A stretch of 29,608 nt of DNA. Origin: a virus (taxonomy: Duplodnaviria > Heunggongvirae > Uroviricota > Caudoviricetes). The stretch lies in the IMG/VR virus record IMGVR_UViG_2937414065_000001; one strand, given 5' to 3'. Shown here in pieces: positions 1 through 8,228 of the stretch. Positions within the stretch are counted from its first letter, which is position 1. Each line of letters begins with the position of its first letter. The notes under the pieces were generated by a model. It did not search any database, was not told where the DNA came from, and was given only the letters and a program-made list of their open reading frames with translations. The translations under genes were made by a program, and so were the position numbers.

Positions 1-1122
1 ATCCGCGCGGCAGCCAAAGAGAAGAAGCAACGTGTCTGGTACGTCGCACCGACGTACCAGATGGCTCGCCAGATCTTGTGGGATGACCTGCAGGAAGTTC
101 TGCCGCGTAAATGGGTTCGTAAGAAAAACGACACCACGATGACCATCGTGCTGAAGAACGGCTCTGAAATCGCGCTGAAAGGTGCGGATAAGCCCGATAC
201 GCTTCGTGGTGTGGCACTGCACTTTGTGGTGCTCGATGAATTTCAGGATATGAAGCCGGACACCTGGTACAAGGTACTGCGTCCGACACTGTCCTCTACC
301 CGTGGCGGTGCGCTGATCATCGGTACGCCAAAAGGCTTCTCCGAGTTCCACAAGCTGTGGACTATCGGTCAGAACAAAGATTTGCAACGCAAGGGGCAGT
401 GGAAGAGCTGGCAGTTCGTTACGGCTGATTCTCCGTTCGTACCGAGCGCGGAAATCGAAGCAGCGAAGAACGATATGGACCCTAAATCGTTCGCACAGGA
501 ATACCTGGCCAGCTTCGAAAACATGTCCGGACGCGTTTACTACCCGTTCGACCGCAATGTGCATGTGAAGCCACTCCAGTTCAATCCGAAACTGCCGATC
601 TGGGTTGGTCAGGACTTCAACATCGACCCTATGTCATCGGTCATCCTGCAGCCGCAGCCAAATGGCGAGTTGTGGGCCGTGGACGAGGTTGTGCTGTTCT
701 CTTCCAACACGGCTGAAGTGTGTGATGAGCTGGAGCGCCGTTTCTGGCGCTGGAAGTCTCAGGTCACTATCTTCCCTGACCCGGCTGGTGCGTATCGCCA
801 GCACGCACGCGGAGAATCGGACGTCGATATCTTCAAGGAAAAAGGTTTCCTTCGAGTCGATTATCCGAAGAAGCACCCGCCGATCGCAGACCGTGTTAAC
901 GCAGTGAACCGCATGTTGATGAGTGCCTCGGGCGAAACCCGGTTGTACATCGATCCGAAGTGCAAACACCTCATCGACTCGCTGGAGAAGGTGATCTACA
1001 AGCCAGGCTCACGCGATATGGATAAGACTGGCGGCATCGAACACAGTGCGGATGCGTTGGGTTATCCGGTTCATCGTAGGTATCCGGTGAAAAATCGTGT
1101 TATTCTTGGTGGATCTAGATAG
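1..1122 (+). CDS. terL: Terminase large subunit (5'-truncated; frame open from base 1, IRAAAKEKKQRVWYVAPTYQM...)
   Basis: WYVAPTY motif, Walker B FVVLDEFQD, coupling motif IIGTP, RNase H-like nuclease GQDFN and HSADALGY. Stop TAG at 1120-1122. Confidence 0.95.
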   Translation: MRAAAKEKKQRVWYVAPTYQMARQILWDDLQEVLPRKWVRKKNDTTMTIVLKNGSEIALKGADKPDTLRGVALHFVVLDEFQDMKPDTWYKVLRPTLSSTRGGALIIGTPKGFSEFHKLWTIGQNKDLQRKGQWKSWQFVTADSPFVPSAEIEAAKNDMDPKSFAQEYLASFENMSGRVYYPFDRNVHVKPLQFNPKLPIWVGQDFNIDPMSSVILQPQPNGELWAVDEVVLFSSNTAEVCDELERRFWRWKSQVTIFPDPAGAYRQHARGESDVDIFKEKGFLRVDYPKKHPPIADRVNAVNRMLMSASGETRLYIDPKCKHLIDSLEKVIYKPGSRDMDKTGGIEHSADALGYPVHRRYPVKNRVILGGSR

Positions 1123-1137
1123 GTAAGTACTTGCCTA
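1120..1137. promoter_or_regulatory. Palindromic operator-like site, copy 1 (TAGGTAAGTACTTGCCTA)
   Basis: 1 mismatch to consensus TARGTAAGTACTTACYTA. Overlaps the terminase stop and lies just upstream of the portal RBS. Confidence 0.7.
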
Positions 1138-1155
1138 AGTGGAAAGGAAAATCAA

Positions 1156-2730
1156 ATGGAATTGACTGACAAGCAAATCAAAGACCTTGTGGCACGACGC
1201 CACCCTGAATATGAGAAGAAAAAAGAACATTGGGACTTCCTCGCCAGCACCTACGCTGGCGGGCGTGCCTGGTTCAACGACAATATCTTCCGTTACTTCA
1301 AAGAGGGCGATCAGGAGTTCAAAGAGCGCCTGGAACGCGCTTATCGCTTCAACCATACGCGCGAAGTGGTAAACCTCATCAACAAATACCTCTTCAAAGA
1401 GGTCATTCACCGCAACACTGATGAAGCACCGGAGCAGATCCGCAATTTCTGGAAGCGAGCCACGCGCCAGAACGCCTCCATCGATGCGTTTATGGCGGCT
1501 ATCGATCTGCAATCATCCATTTATGGCCGTATCTGGGTTGTCGTGGATAGCACGATGAACGTCGATGTTGAGTCTGTTGCAGACGAGAAGAAAAATGATG
1601 CGCGTGCCTACGCTTACTGGATTTCGCCGCAGCAGCTGCTTGATGTTGCCTGGGATGAAGACGGCAATATGTTGTGGGCGCTGATTGTTGAAATCGCGCG
1701 CGACGACGAAGATCCGTTCACGTCAACCGGGCAGGAATACCAGCGTTACCGTCTGTGGACGCAAAACGAGTGGTATCTGTTCCGTGAAGAAGTGAAGAAA
1801 GGTTCCGGAAATAGCGGTCGCCGTCAGGCCAAAGTCGTTCTGGAGGATAGCGGCCAGCATAATTTGGGCGTGGTGCCGGTGTTCCCGGTGGATTGCATTG
1901 GTGAAAGCGAGTCTCCGTATTTCAGCCCGTCGTTGATTGACGATATTGCCTATCTTGATCGCGCCGTGGCCAACTACCTGTCGAACCTTGACGCTATTAT
2001 TCAGGATCAGACATTCAGCCAGCTGGCGATCCCGGTTCAGTCATTGCTGCCGGGCGATGAAAACCACACCAAAGTGCTTGAAATGGGGACAAAGCGCGTC
2101 TTCACCTTCGACTCTGAGAGCGGTAATCAGCCATTCTACCTGTCTCCGGACCCGAAACAGGCCCAGATGATTATCACCACGATTAAGACGGTGATTAACG
2201 AGATCTACCATTCCGTTGGCGTGGCAGGTGAGCGAACCAAGCAGGATAACGCACAGGGCATCGATAACTCTTCGGGCGCAGCGAAGATGTACGACTTCCA
2301 GCGTGTTAACAGTCTGCTGGTGACGAAAGCAGAACGTCTCGAAAGGGCAGAGCGCCAGATGATGCAGCTGGCAGCGAAGTGGATGGGTGTCGAACTGGAT
2401 GAAGACCACTCTCTGATCGCGTACCCGGAAAGTTTCGACATCCGCGGTCTGACTGATGAGTTTGCAGTTGCTGAAAAGCTCTCGCTGCTTCAGGCACCTG
2501 ATTCCGTTCGTCGTCACCAGATGGAAATGCTCATCGAGAAAGTGTTCCCGAACATTTCTGAGGCGATGAAAAAGGAATTTGATAAAGATCTCTTGAAATT
2601 TCCTCCAAAAAATGATCTAAACACCCTTGAAAATAAGTCAGTACTTACTTATGATCGAGATACGGCCCAAGAAAGCGGGCAAGATCAACCCCGAGGGAAT
2701 GGGGACTCATCTACTCAAGAGACCGAGTGA
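1156..2730 (+). CDS. Portal protein (SPP1 gp6-like), 524 aa
   Basis: Follows the terminase; size; N-terminal HPEY...W...Y.GG motif typical of this portal class; RBS AAGGA at 1144-1148. Confidence 0.9.
   Translation: MELTDKQIKDLVARRHPEYEKKKEHWDFLASTYAGGRAWFNDNIFRYFKEGDQEFKERLERAYRFNHTREVVNLINKYLFKEVIHRNTDEAPEQIRNFWKRATRQNASIDAFMAAIDLQSSIYGRIWVVVDSTMNVDVESVADEKKNDARAYAYWISPQQLLDVAWDEDGNMLWALIVEIARDDEDPFTSTGQEYQRYRLWTQNEWYLFREEVKKGSGNSGRRQAKVVLEDSGQHNLGVVPVFPVDCIGESESPYFSPSLIDDIAYLDRAVANYLSNLDAIIQDQTFSQLAIPVQSLLPGDENHTKVLEMGTKRVFTFDSESGNQPFYLSPDPKQAQMIITTIKTVINEIYHSVGVAGERTKQDNAQGIDNSSGAAKMYDFQRVNSLLVTKAERLERAERQMMQLAAKWMGVELDEDHSLIAYPESFDIRGLTDEFAVAEKLSLLQAPDSVRRHQMEMLIEKVFPNISEAMKKEFDKDLLKFPPKNDLNTLENKSVLTYDRDTAQESGQDQPRGNGDSSTQETE
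2634..2651. promoter_or_regulatory. Palindromic operator-like site, copy 2 (TAAGTCAGTACTTACTTA) inside the portal 3' end, followed by TATGAT (2650-2655)
   Basis: 1 mismatch to consensus, about 100 bp upstream of the scaffold ATG. The terminal TA begins a -10-like hexamer. Confidence 0.7.
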
Positions 2731-2752
2731 TAAGTAACGAAAAGGAATTTCT

Positions 2753-3646
2753 ATGAATCTGTGGCAAATGCTTTTGGCCCGTCGTGGCCTGATGGATGCA
2801 GCCGAAGCGCATGAGCGCGGCGGCGCTGGTGGCGGCGCTCCTGCTGGAGACAATGAGCAGAGTACGCAAGACCCAGGCAAACAGGGCGAGCAAAAAGAGC
2901 AACCGAAGGGTGACGACGAGTATGCCGGTATGACTCAGGAAGAGTTGCTGGCAGAACTACGAAAGTCCAAGAAGACCGGTGCAGACCTGCTGAAAGAGAA
3001 CATGAAGCGCAAGGAGAAAGAGCGCACATTGGCCGATCAGCTGGCTCAGTACGGCGATATTGACCCGGCGCGTGCTCGCCAGCTTCTCGAAGCTGAACAA
3101 GCCGCAGAAACCGCACGCCGTGAGGCAGAGCAGGCTGAACTGGAACGTCGCGGCGAATTCGACGCTGTGAAAAAGCAGATGATCGAAGCACACCAGACTG
3201 AACTGGCGCAGCGTGACGAGCGTTATTCCGCTCTGGAAAGCGAAAACGCCGCACTGAAGGCTCAACTGGTTGAAATGACCGTTGGCGCTTCGTTCAGTGG
3301 CTCTGCCTTCCTGCGTGACAAAGTTCTGATGACTCCGGCTAAGGCTCGCGTTATCTACGGCTCTCATTTCGAAGTGGGTGAAGACGGTAGTGTTGTGGGC
3401 TTTGATAAGCCAGCCGGTCAGAAAGAACGTGCAGTTCTGGTTGACGGTGAAGGCAAACCGTTACCGTTCGAATCCGCGATTGAACGCATTCTGCGTGCAG
3501 ATCCGGAAGCTGACGCACTGTTGCGCAGCGAAGCCAAGCAGGGTGCTGGTTCCAATAGCAAACCGACCCACAAAGTAAACCAGCCGAAGAGCAAGTCGAC
3601 TATGGATAAGTTGACCTCCGGTCTGGGGAAAATCGGACTCAAGTAA
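2753..3646 (+). CDS. Capsid scaffolding protein, 297 aa
   Basis: Lies between portal and capsid. Gly-rich acidic N-terminus, long charged coiled coil and GAGS-type C-terminal tail; no protease motifs; RBS AAGGA. Confidence 0.8.
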   Translation: MNLWQMLLARRGLMDAAEAHERGGAGGGAPAGDNEQSTQDPGKQGEQKEQPKGDDEYAGMTQEELLAELRKSKKTGADLLKENMKRKEKERTLADQLAQYGDIDPARARQLLEAEQAAETARREAEQAELERRGEFDAVKKQMIEAHQTELAQRDERYSALESENAALKAQLVEMTVGASFSGSAFLRDKVLMTPAKARVIYGSHFEVGEDGSVVGFDKPAGQKERAVLVDGEGKPLPFESAIERILRADPEADALLRSEAKQGAGSNSKPTHKVNQPKSKSTMDKLTSGLGKIGLK

Positions 3647-3672
3647 CATCTTAAATCATAGGGAAATGAAAG

Positions 3673-4554
3673 ATGCCATTACTGCGTGATGAAGCTGAAA
3701 AGCTGTCTAACAACGAACTTGAGCAGGGCGTGATCGAAACCATCATCGATCGCGATGACCTGTTCGCAATCCTGCCGTTCATGAAGATCGACTCCAAAGC
3801 GTATCTTTACAACCGTGAAGCTACCCTGAGCGAAGCGACCTTTATTGATGTGAACGACACCATCACCGAAGGCGCTGCAACCTTCACCGAACACGTTGCG
3901 AAACTGCGTATCCTGGCAGGCGACGTAGACGTCGACAAATTCCTGGCGACCACTATGTCTGACACCAACAGCCAGCTGGCAATCCAGGTTCGTCAGAAGG
4001 TGAAAGGTCTGGCGCGTGCATTCCGTCGCAACCTGATTCTGGGTAACTCCACCGAGAACACCAAAGCATTCGACGGTATTCCGAAGCTGATGCACAACGA
4101 TCAGAAGATCGACATCGCTAAGGCTTCCATGACGTTCTCCATGTTCGACGAGCTGGTGGACGCGGTGAAAGACCTGGGCGCTGACTGCATCATGATGCGT
4201 TCCGAACACCTGCGTGCGTACCGCGCTCTGCTGCGTACCGTCAACGTAGGCCCGTCCGAAATCATGATGGAGAACTTCGGTCGTCCGATGCTGTGCCATA
4301 ACGGTGTTCCGTTCATCATCAACGACTTCATTCCGAAGAGCGAAGACAACACCGCTGCGGACATCTACTGTCTGCACCTGTCCGAAGAGAACGGCGTGAC
4401 CGGTCTGTACGGTGGCGAAAACGCCGGTATCGTTGTTGAGAACATCGGTACTGTACAGAACAAAGACGCAGTACGTACCCGCGTTAAGTGGTACTGCTCT
4501 CTGGCGAACAAGCACGACAAGGCTATCGCCGCACTGACCAACGTAAAAATTTGA
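3673..4554 (+). CDS. Major capsid protein (HK97 fold), 293 aa
   Basis: Position after the scaffold, size, strongly biased codon usage, downstream terminator. Confidence 0.9.
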   Translation: MPLLRDEAEKLSNNELEQGVIETIIDRDDLFAILPFMKIDSKAYLYNREATLSEATFIDVNDTITEGAATFTEHVAKLRILAGDVDVDKFLATTMSDTNSQLAIQVRQKVKGLARAFRRNLILGNSTENTKAFDGIPKLMHNDQKIDIAKASMTFSMFDELVDAVKDLGADCIMMRSEHLRAYRALLRTVNVGPSEIMMENFGRPMLCHNGVPFIINDFIPKSEDNTAADIYCLHLSEENGVTGLYGGENAGIVVENIGTVQNKDAVRTRVKWYCSLANKHDKAIAALTNVKI

Positions 4555-4563
4555 TTAGTATAG

Positions 4564-4581
4564 TAGGTAAGTAATTATCTA
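4564..4581. promoter_or_regulatory. Palindromic operator-like site, copy 3 (TAGGTAAGTAATTATCTA)
   Basis: 2 mismatches to consensus; intergenic between the capsid gene and the Ig-protein gene. Confidence 0.65.
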
Positions 4582-4587
4582 CCGCTT

Positions 4588-4615
4588 AAGGGTGGGCTAT
4601 ACGCCCACCCTTTTT
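4588..4615 (+). terminator. Rho-independent terminator after the major capsid gene
   Basis: AAGGGTGGGC-TATAC-GCCCACCCTT followed by further T residues. Confidence 0.85.
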
Positions 4616-4628
4616 GTAGGAGCGAGAA

Positions 4629-5552
4629 ATGCCAGAACAAAAGATGAAGATCACGGAAGAGGCGTTTGCGGATTTCACTGGGCATATGTGCCGTGCCGGG
4701 TTCACCAATTCCATCTCCAACGAGCCTCTGAGCGAGCGCCAGCAGAACCATCTTGCGGCTTGCTTCCGGGCAATTCCGTTCACTCAGTCTGTCACCATTA
4801 CACCGGCTGCGCCGTCCGTATTGGTGGGCAAAACCGTTCAACTTAGTGCAGGTATCACCATGAGCAAAAGTGCAGATTCATTCACCTGGGCGTCGGCCAA
4901 TGACCAAATCGCCACTGTCAGCGGTACGGGGCTGGTTACTGGCGAGGCTCCGGGCAAAGTGAAGATCACCGCCACCGATAAGCAGACTCAGCTTTCTGCG
5001 TCAGTCGAAGTGACCGTTGAGCCTGTCAGCGTGGAGTCCGTTACCGTAACGCCAGACTCTACCTCCGTTGAGAAGGGGAAATCGGTCAAGTTGCGTGTTG
5101 ATGTACAGCCGTCAAACGCAACCAATAAAAAAGTCACCTGGACTTCCAAAAATAGCGACAAAGCTACCGTTGACCAGAACGGTAACGTAGCTGGCGTAGC
5201 CGTTGGTACGGCAACCATTGAAGTGGTTTCGCAGGATGGCAGCCATAAAGCTACTGCTACGGTTGAAGTCACTGAGCCTGTCGTTGCTGTTACTGGCGTC
5301 TCTGTCGATCCGAGCACCACCAGCGTTGAAGCCAACAAAACGGTACAGCTGACCGCGAACATCGAACCGGCTGGCGCAACCAATAAGCGCGTAACCTGGG
5401 CGTCAAAAAATGCCGAGTTCGCGACGGTTGATAGCGCAACTGGACTTGTGACCGGTGTGGCTGCAGGTACTGCCACTATCGAAGTCACCACGGAAGACGG
5501 TAGCCACAAAGCCACTGCGACCGTTGAAGTGACCGCAGCACCGGCTGCGTAA
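4629..5552 (+). CDS. Putative capsid decoration protein: 48-aa N-terminal domain plus three Big_2 Ig-like domains, 307 aa
   Basis: Three repeats with SVT(I/V)TP...V.L...(T/K)W.S.....ATV...G.V.GV..G...I signatures; adjacent to the capsid gene. Confidence 0.8.
   Translation: MPEQKMKITEEAFADFTGHMCRAGFTNSISNEPLSERQQNHLAACFRAIPFTQSVTITPAAPSVLVGKTVQLSAGITMSKSADSFTWASANDQIATVSGTGLVTGEAPGKVKITATDKQTQLSASVEVTVEPVSVESVTVTPDSTSVEKGKSVKLRVDVQPSNATNKKVTWTSKNSDKATVDQNGNVAGVAVGTATIEVVSQDGSHKATATVEVTEPVVAVTGVSVDPSTTSVEANKTVQLTANIEPAGATNKRVTWASKNAEFATVDSATGLVTGVAAGTATIEVTTEDGSHKATATVEVTAAPAA
5019..5534 (+). repeat. Tandem duplication of Ig domains 2 and 3 (starts 5019 and 5274, 255 bp apart)
   Basis: Both begin EPV and end DGSHKATATVEVT, with visible DNA-level similarity. 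Confidence 0.8.
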
Positions 5553-5559
5553 CCAACAC

Positions 5560-5580
5560 ATGGGCGGCGATGCCGCCCAT
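5560..5580. other. Perfect intergenic hairpin ATGGGCGGC-GAT-GCCGCCCAT (mRNA stabiliser or weak terminator)
   Basis: 9-bp stem with no U-tract, so function is uncertain. Confidence 0.5.
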
Positions 5581-5595
5581 TAAGTGAGAAGAAGA

Positions 5596-6030
5596 ATGAA
5601 ACCAGCAAAAATTCGTTTATTGGAGCCTCAATTTTTGGGGTACACGGGCATTCTCTGCGGTATCCAGTTTGTCGACGGCATCTCGGTTGCCGAACTGCCA
5701 TTCATCGATCAGCAGCGGATTTGTGCCTCCATGCGTGCCACTACCGTTGAAGGCAAAAATGTATCTCCTTCTGCCGCGTACAGCAGCCGCAATGATTTAA
5801 CTGCGGACGACATTGTCGAGACGGCGGCCCCGGATATTGTGCCAATGAAACGTGGTACGGCTGAAGTGGAAGCCAAACCGGTACAGCGCTTTACTCGTGA
5901 AGAGCTGGAGTCGATTGCGGACTGTGAAGGTATTGCGGGTCTGCGTCAGATCGGCAACCAGATTGGCGTGAAAGCCAAAGGTATCGTTGAAATGATCGAA
6001 GGCATCCTGAAAGCACAGGGCGGTGAGTAA
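5596..6030 (+). CDS. Virion-associated protein, 144 aa; N-terminal domain paralogous to that of 4629..5552, small helical C-terminal domain
   Basis: ATG at 5596 preferred over GTG 5584; gapless 15/48 identity with the N-terminus of the previous gene; TAATG coupling to the next gene. Confidence 0.75.
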   Translation: MKPAKIRLLEPQFLGYTGILCGIQFVDGISVAELPFIDQQRICASMRATTVEGKNVSPSAAYSSRNDLTADDIVETAAPDIVPMKRGTAEVEAKPVQRFTREELESIADCEGIAGLRQIGNQIGVKAKGIVEMIEGILKAQGGE

Positions 6031-6863
6031 TGGCGCAGATCGACACGTACCGTAGCGGGGAAGCAGTTTCCCTGTCGTTTGCATTTAACGTTCTGGATAT
6101 TGAGTCGGCCACGTATACCGTCAGAGATGGCGCTGGTGCGATCATCGTCGATAACGAACCTCTCGATATTACTGAGGGGCAGATGTCCATTCCGGTTGTC
6201 GTGTCGGCCGAACACAACCTGCTTTCAGATAAAGAGCGCGAGCTGCGACACGTCATTGTCAAAGCGGTGGCATCCGGGCTGACGCATGAAGAGCGCAAGA
6301 TGTACGTTCTGCTAAATAGCTTCGAGCTGTCAATTCCAGGCCAGTCATTCGCAACGGTCGCAGACGCCCAGATGCAAGCTATCGATATGCTGAACGGCGA
6401 CACCCTGTTAGCTGATGGCGAAGGGCTGATGCGCAAACGTCTCATTGAGGCCACCAGACGCGTCAAAACGCTGCCGTTCTCAATCCGCAAAGTCCTGCGT
6501 ATCGACTTCGACCGTTACGACCGCCCGCAAAACATGCTGAACGTCTATGACATTCCGTGGGGCGCTGACGGGGCATATCGTCACGATCTGATTGATTGGG
6601 AGCAGATGACGCCGGAGAAATTCGACGAGTTCCCGGACTACTTCAAACAGGCATTAATGCTGGCCGTGGTTAATGAAGCCTGCGAAATCGCTAACGGTAA
6701 TGACGTAGCGGCAGCCCGCGAGGACGGCATTCTGTCTGAGTCCATTGGTGAAACGACCAATATGTACCGCACCGGCAAAGCGGCAAATGTGCATGTGGCT
6801 CGCAGTACCTGGCGACTGCTGGTCAGTTACATCAATAACCGCATGATTGTTCGCCGTGCGTAA
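6030..6863 (+). CDS. Head-tail adaptor/connector with an extra N-terminal beta-rich domain, 277 aa
   Basis: C-terminal half has the adaptor-like pattern SFATVADA...LIEATRR...ALMLAVVNEA...SESIGETTNMY; position after the capsid genes. Confidence 0.65.
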   Translation: MAQIDTYRSGEAVSLSFAFNVLDIESATYTVRDGAGAIIVDNEPLDITEGQMSIPVVVSAEHNLLSDKERELRHVIVKAVASGLTHEERKMYVLLNSFELSIPGQSFATVADAQMQAIDMLNGDTLLADGEGLMRKRLIEATRRVKTLPFSIRKVLRIDFDRYDRPQNMLNVYDIPWGADGAYRHDLIDWEQMTPEKFDEFPDYFKQALMLAVVNEACEIANGNDVAAAREDGILSESIGETTNMYRTGKAANVHVARSTWRLLVSYINNRMIVRRA

Positions 6864-6960
6864 CGCCAGTCGCATTATTTACTTCTGGTCGAAAGGCTCA
6901 AGACGAGCATTCGCGCCTTCGCCTGGTAATGAGTGCGGCTGCCAACCACAGGGAGAGTGC

Positions 6961-7305
6961 ATGAACATTTCATGGCAAGCAGAGATAGCGATTTACCGTC
7001 TGGGTTCGAAGAACGTCTACGGTGAAGCGCAATTGCAGTTCGTCAGGAAGACGAACGTCGGCGTCGTTAAGTTTGAGCAAAGTAACGAGAAGTCATCGGT
7101 ACGTGCGGACAGCTCCGGCAGTCGCGGTAAAGCGAATCTGGAATTGTTCGATGCTGTTCTGGTGATCCCACTTGAGGCCGCAGTACAGCTTGATGACGTT
7201 CTCATTCTGGAGGGGCAAAAGCTGAAGGTATCCAGCGTGCATCGTCGCTGGGGACTGCGTGGGCGCCCTGGGCATCTGGAAGTAGGGGCAAACATATGGG
7301 TCTGA
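6961..7305 (+). CDS. Head closure (stopper) protein, 114 aa
   Basis: ATG 6961 with GGGAG RBS; YG motif and beta-rich pattern; neck position. Confidence 0.65.
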   Translation: MNISWQAEIAIYRLGSKNVYGEAQLQFVRKTNVGVVKFEQSNEKSSVRADSSGSRGKANLELFDAVLVIPLEAAVQLDDVLILEGQKLKVSSVHRRWGLRGRPGHLEVGANIWV

Positions 7306-7769
7306 AGTACGACGCACATCAGTTTAAGCGTGCTGGTGACAGGCTCAACAACAGCCAGAAAGCCTTTAAGCGTTATCTCATCCGTGACATGGAGAAGCTG
7401 GCGCGTCTGGTTGAGCGTCTGGCGCGGGCAATGGCTCCGCTGGAGACTGGCTCACTCGAAAGCGCGATCTTCGCGAGAGTGGTCAAAGAGGGTTATACCG
7501 GGCTGCGTATTGAGTTATCGGTATCCGGGGCCAAGCCACGCGAGGGGCATCCGGGCGTTGAGGTTGGCGATTATGCGGAGTACATGGAGTTGGGTAAGTA
7601 TCGTCTCGGCTATCTCTCTCGCATGAAGAGCGTCACCAACCCGCCAGTCGCTGGTGTGAAGCCACGAGTTGGGCCTTTGTTCCTTGAGAGAGCCGTACAG
7701 ATCAGTGAGAAACAGTTCACTCAGACGATAGCTGAAGCGGCAAGGAAAGCAGGTTTTACGAGAGGTTGA
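7296..7769 (+). CDS. HK97 gp10-like tail-completion protein, 157 aa
   Basis: APLETGSLESAI and YAEYMELG match the APvdTG.L..SI / YA.yve.G family motifs. Confidence 0.8.
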   Translation: MGLKYDAHQFKRAGDRLNNSQKAFKRYLIRDMEKLARLVERLARAMAPLETGSLESAIFARVVKEGYTGLRIELSVSGAKPREGHPGVEVGDYAEYMELGKYRLGYLSRMKSVTNPPVAGVKPRVGPLFLERAVQISEKQFTQTIAEAARKAGFTRG

Positions 7770-7770
7770 T

Positions 7771-8154
7771 GTGTTTATTGAAGCATTTGCGAGCCTGATG
7801 CAGAAGGCGAAGATCGGTACACTCGGCACTGACATCTTTTGTCACTACATGCCAGCCAATGTGAAGTCCGGTGTTCTGTTGGTTAATCCCAATACGGGGA
7901 TCGCTATTGACCATGAGTTGAAAGGCTTTTATCACGACTCTTTTACCGTCATCGTGCGTAATGCGACGATCACAAAGGCGGTGGCGAAAGCCAATAAGAT
8001 CATGGACATGTTCCCGGTCGAAGAAACCGTGTCAGAGGGCGTTTACTTCCGGTTGGTTCGACCAATGTCGATGCCGATCACTTATCCAAAAAACGAAGGC
8101 TCATTAATTGAAGCGGGCATCCCGATTGAATTTGCGGGCTATTTGTTGAATTAA
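7771..8154 (+). CDS. Tail terminator-like protein, 127 aa
   Basis: GTG start with GAGG RBS; directly upstream of the tail tube; typical size. Confidence 0.65.
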   Translation: MFIEAFASLMQKAKIGTLGTDIFCHYMPANVKSGVLLVNPNTGIAIDHELKGFYHDSFTVIVRNATITKAVAKANKIMDMFPVEETVSEGVYFRLVRPMSMPITYPKNEGSLIEAGIPIEFAGYLLN

Positions 8155-8159
8155 TAAAA

Positions 8160-8177
8160 TAAGTAAGTATATACTTA
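8160..8177. promoter_or_regulatory. Palindromic operator-like site, copy 4 (TAAGTAAGTATATACTTA), followed by TACCAT (8176-8181)
   Basis: 2 mismatches to consensus; intergenic upstream of the tail tube gene. Confidence 0.65.
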
Positions 8178-8228
8178 CCATTAGCGCCATGAAGGTGCTG
8201 ATTTAACGGAAAAAGGAGTTTTCCAACA

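Noticed and set aside
3679-4515. 278-aa minus-strand ORF
   Set aside because: Antisense shadow of the codon-biased capsid gene; no RBS or protein-like features.
4543-4629. Possible frameshift fusing the capsid protein to the downstream Ig protein (which is in the -1 frame)
   Set aside because: The -1 frame has TAA at 4572-4574 and a terminator intervenes; no proper slippery heptamer.
4988-5701. 237-aa minus-strand ORF with internal repeats
   Set aside because: Mirror of the Ig-domain repeats on the + strand.
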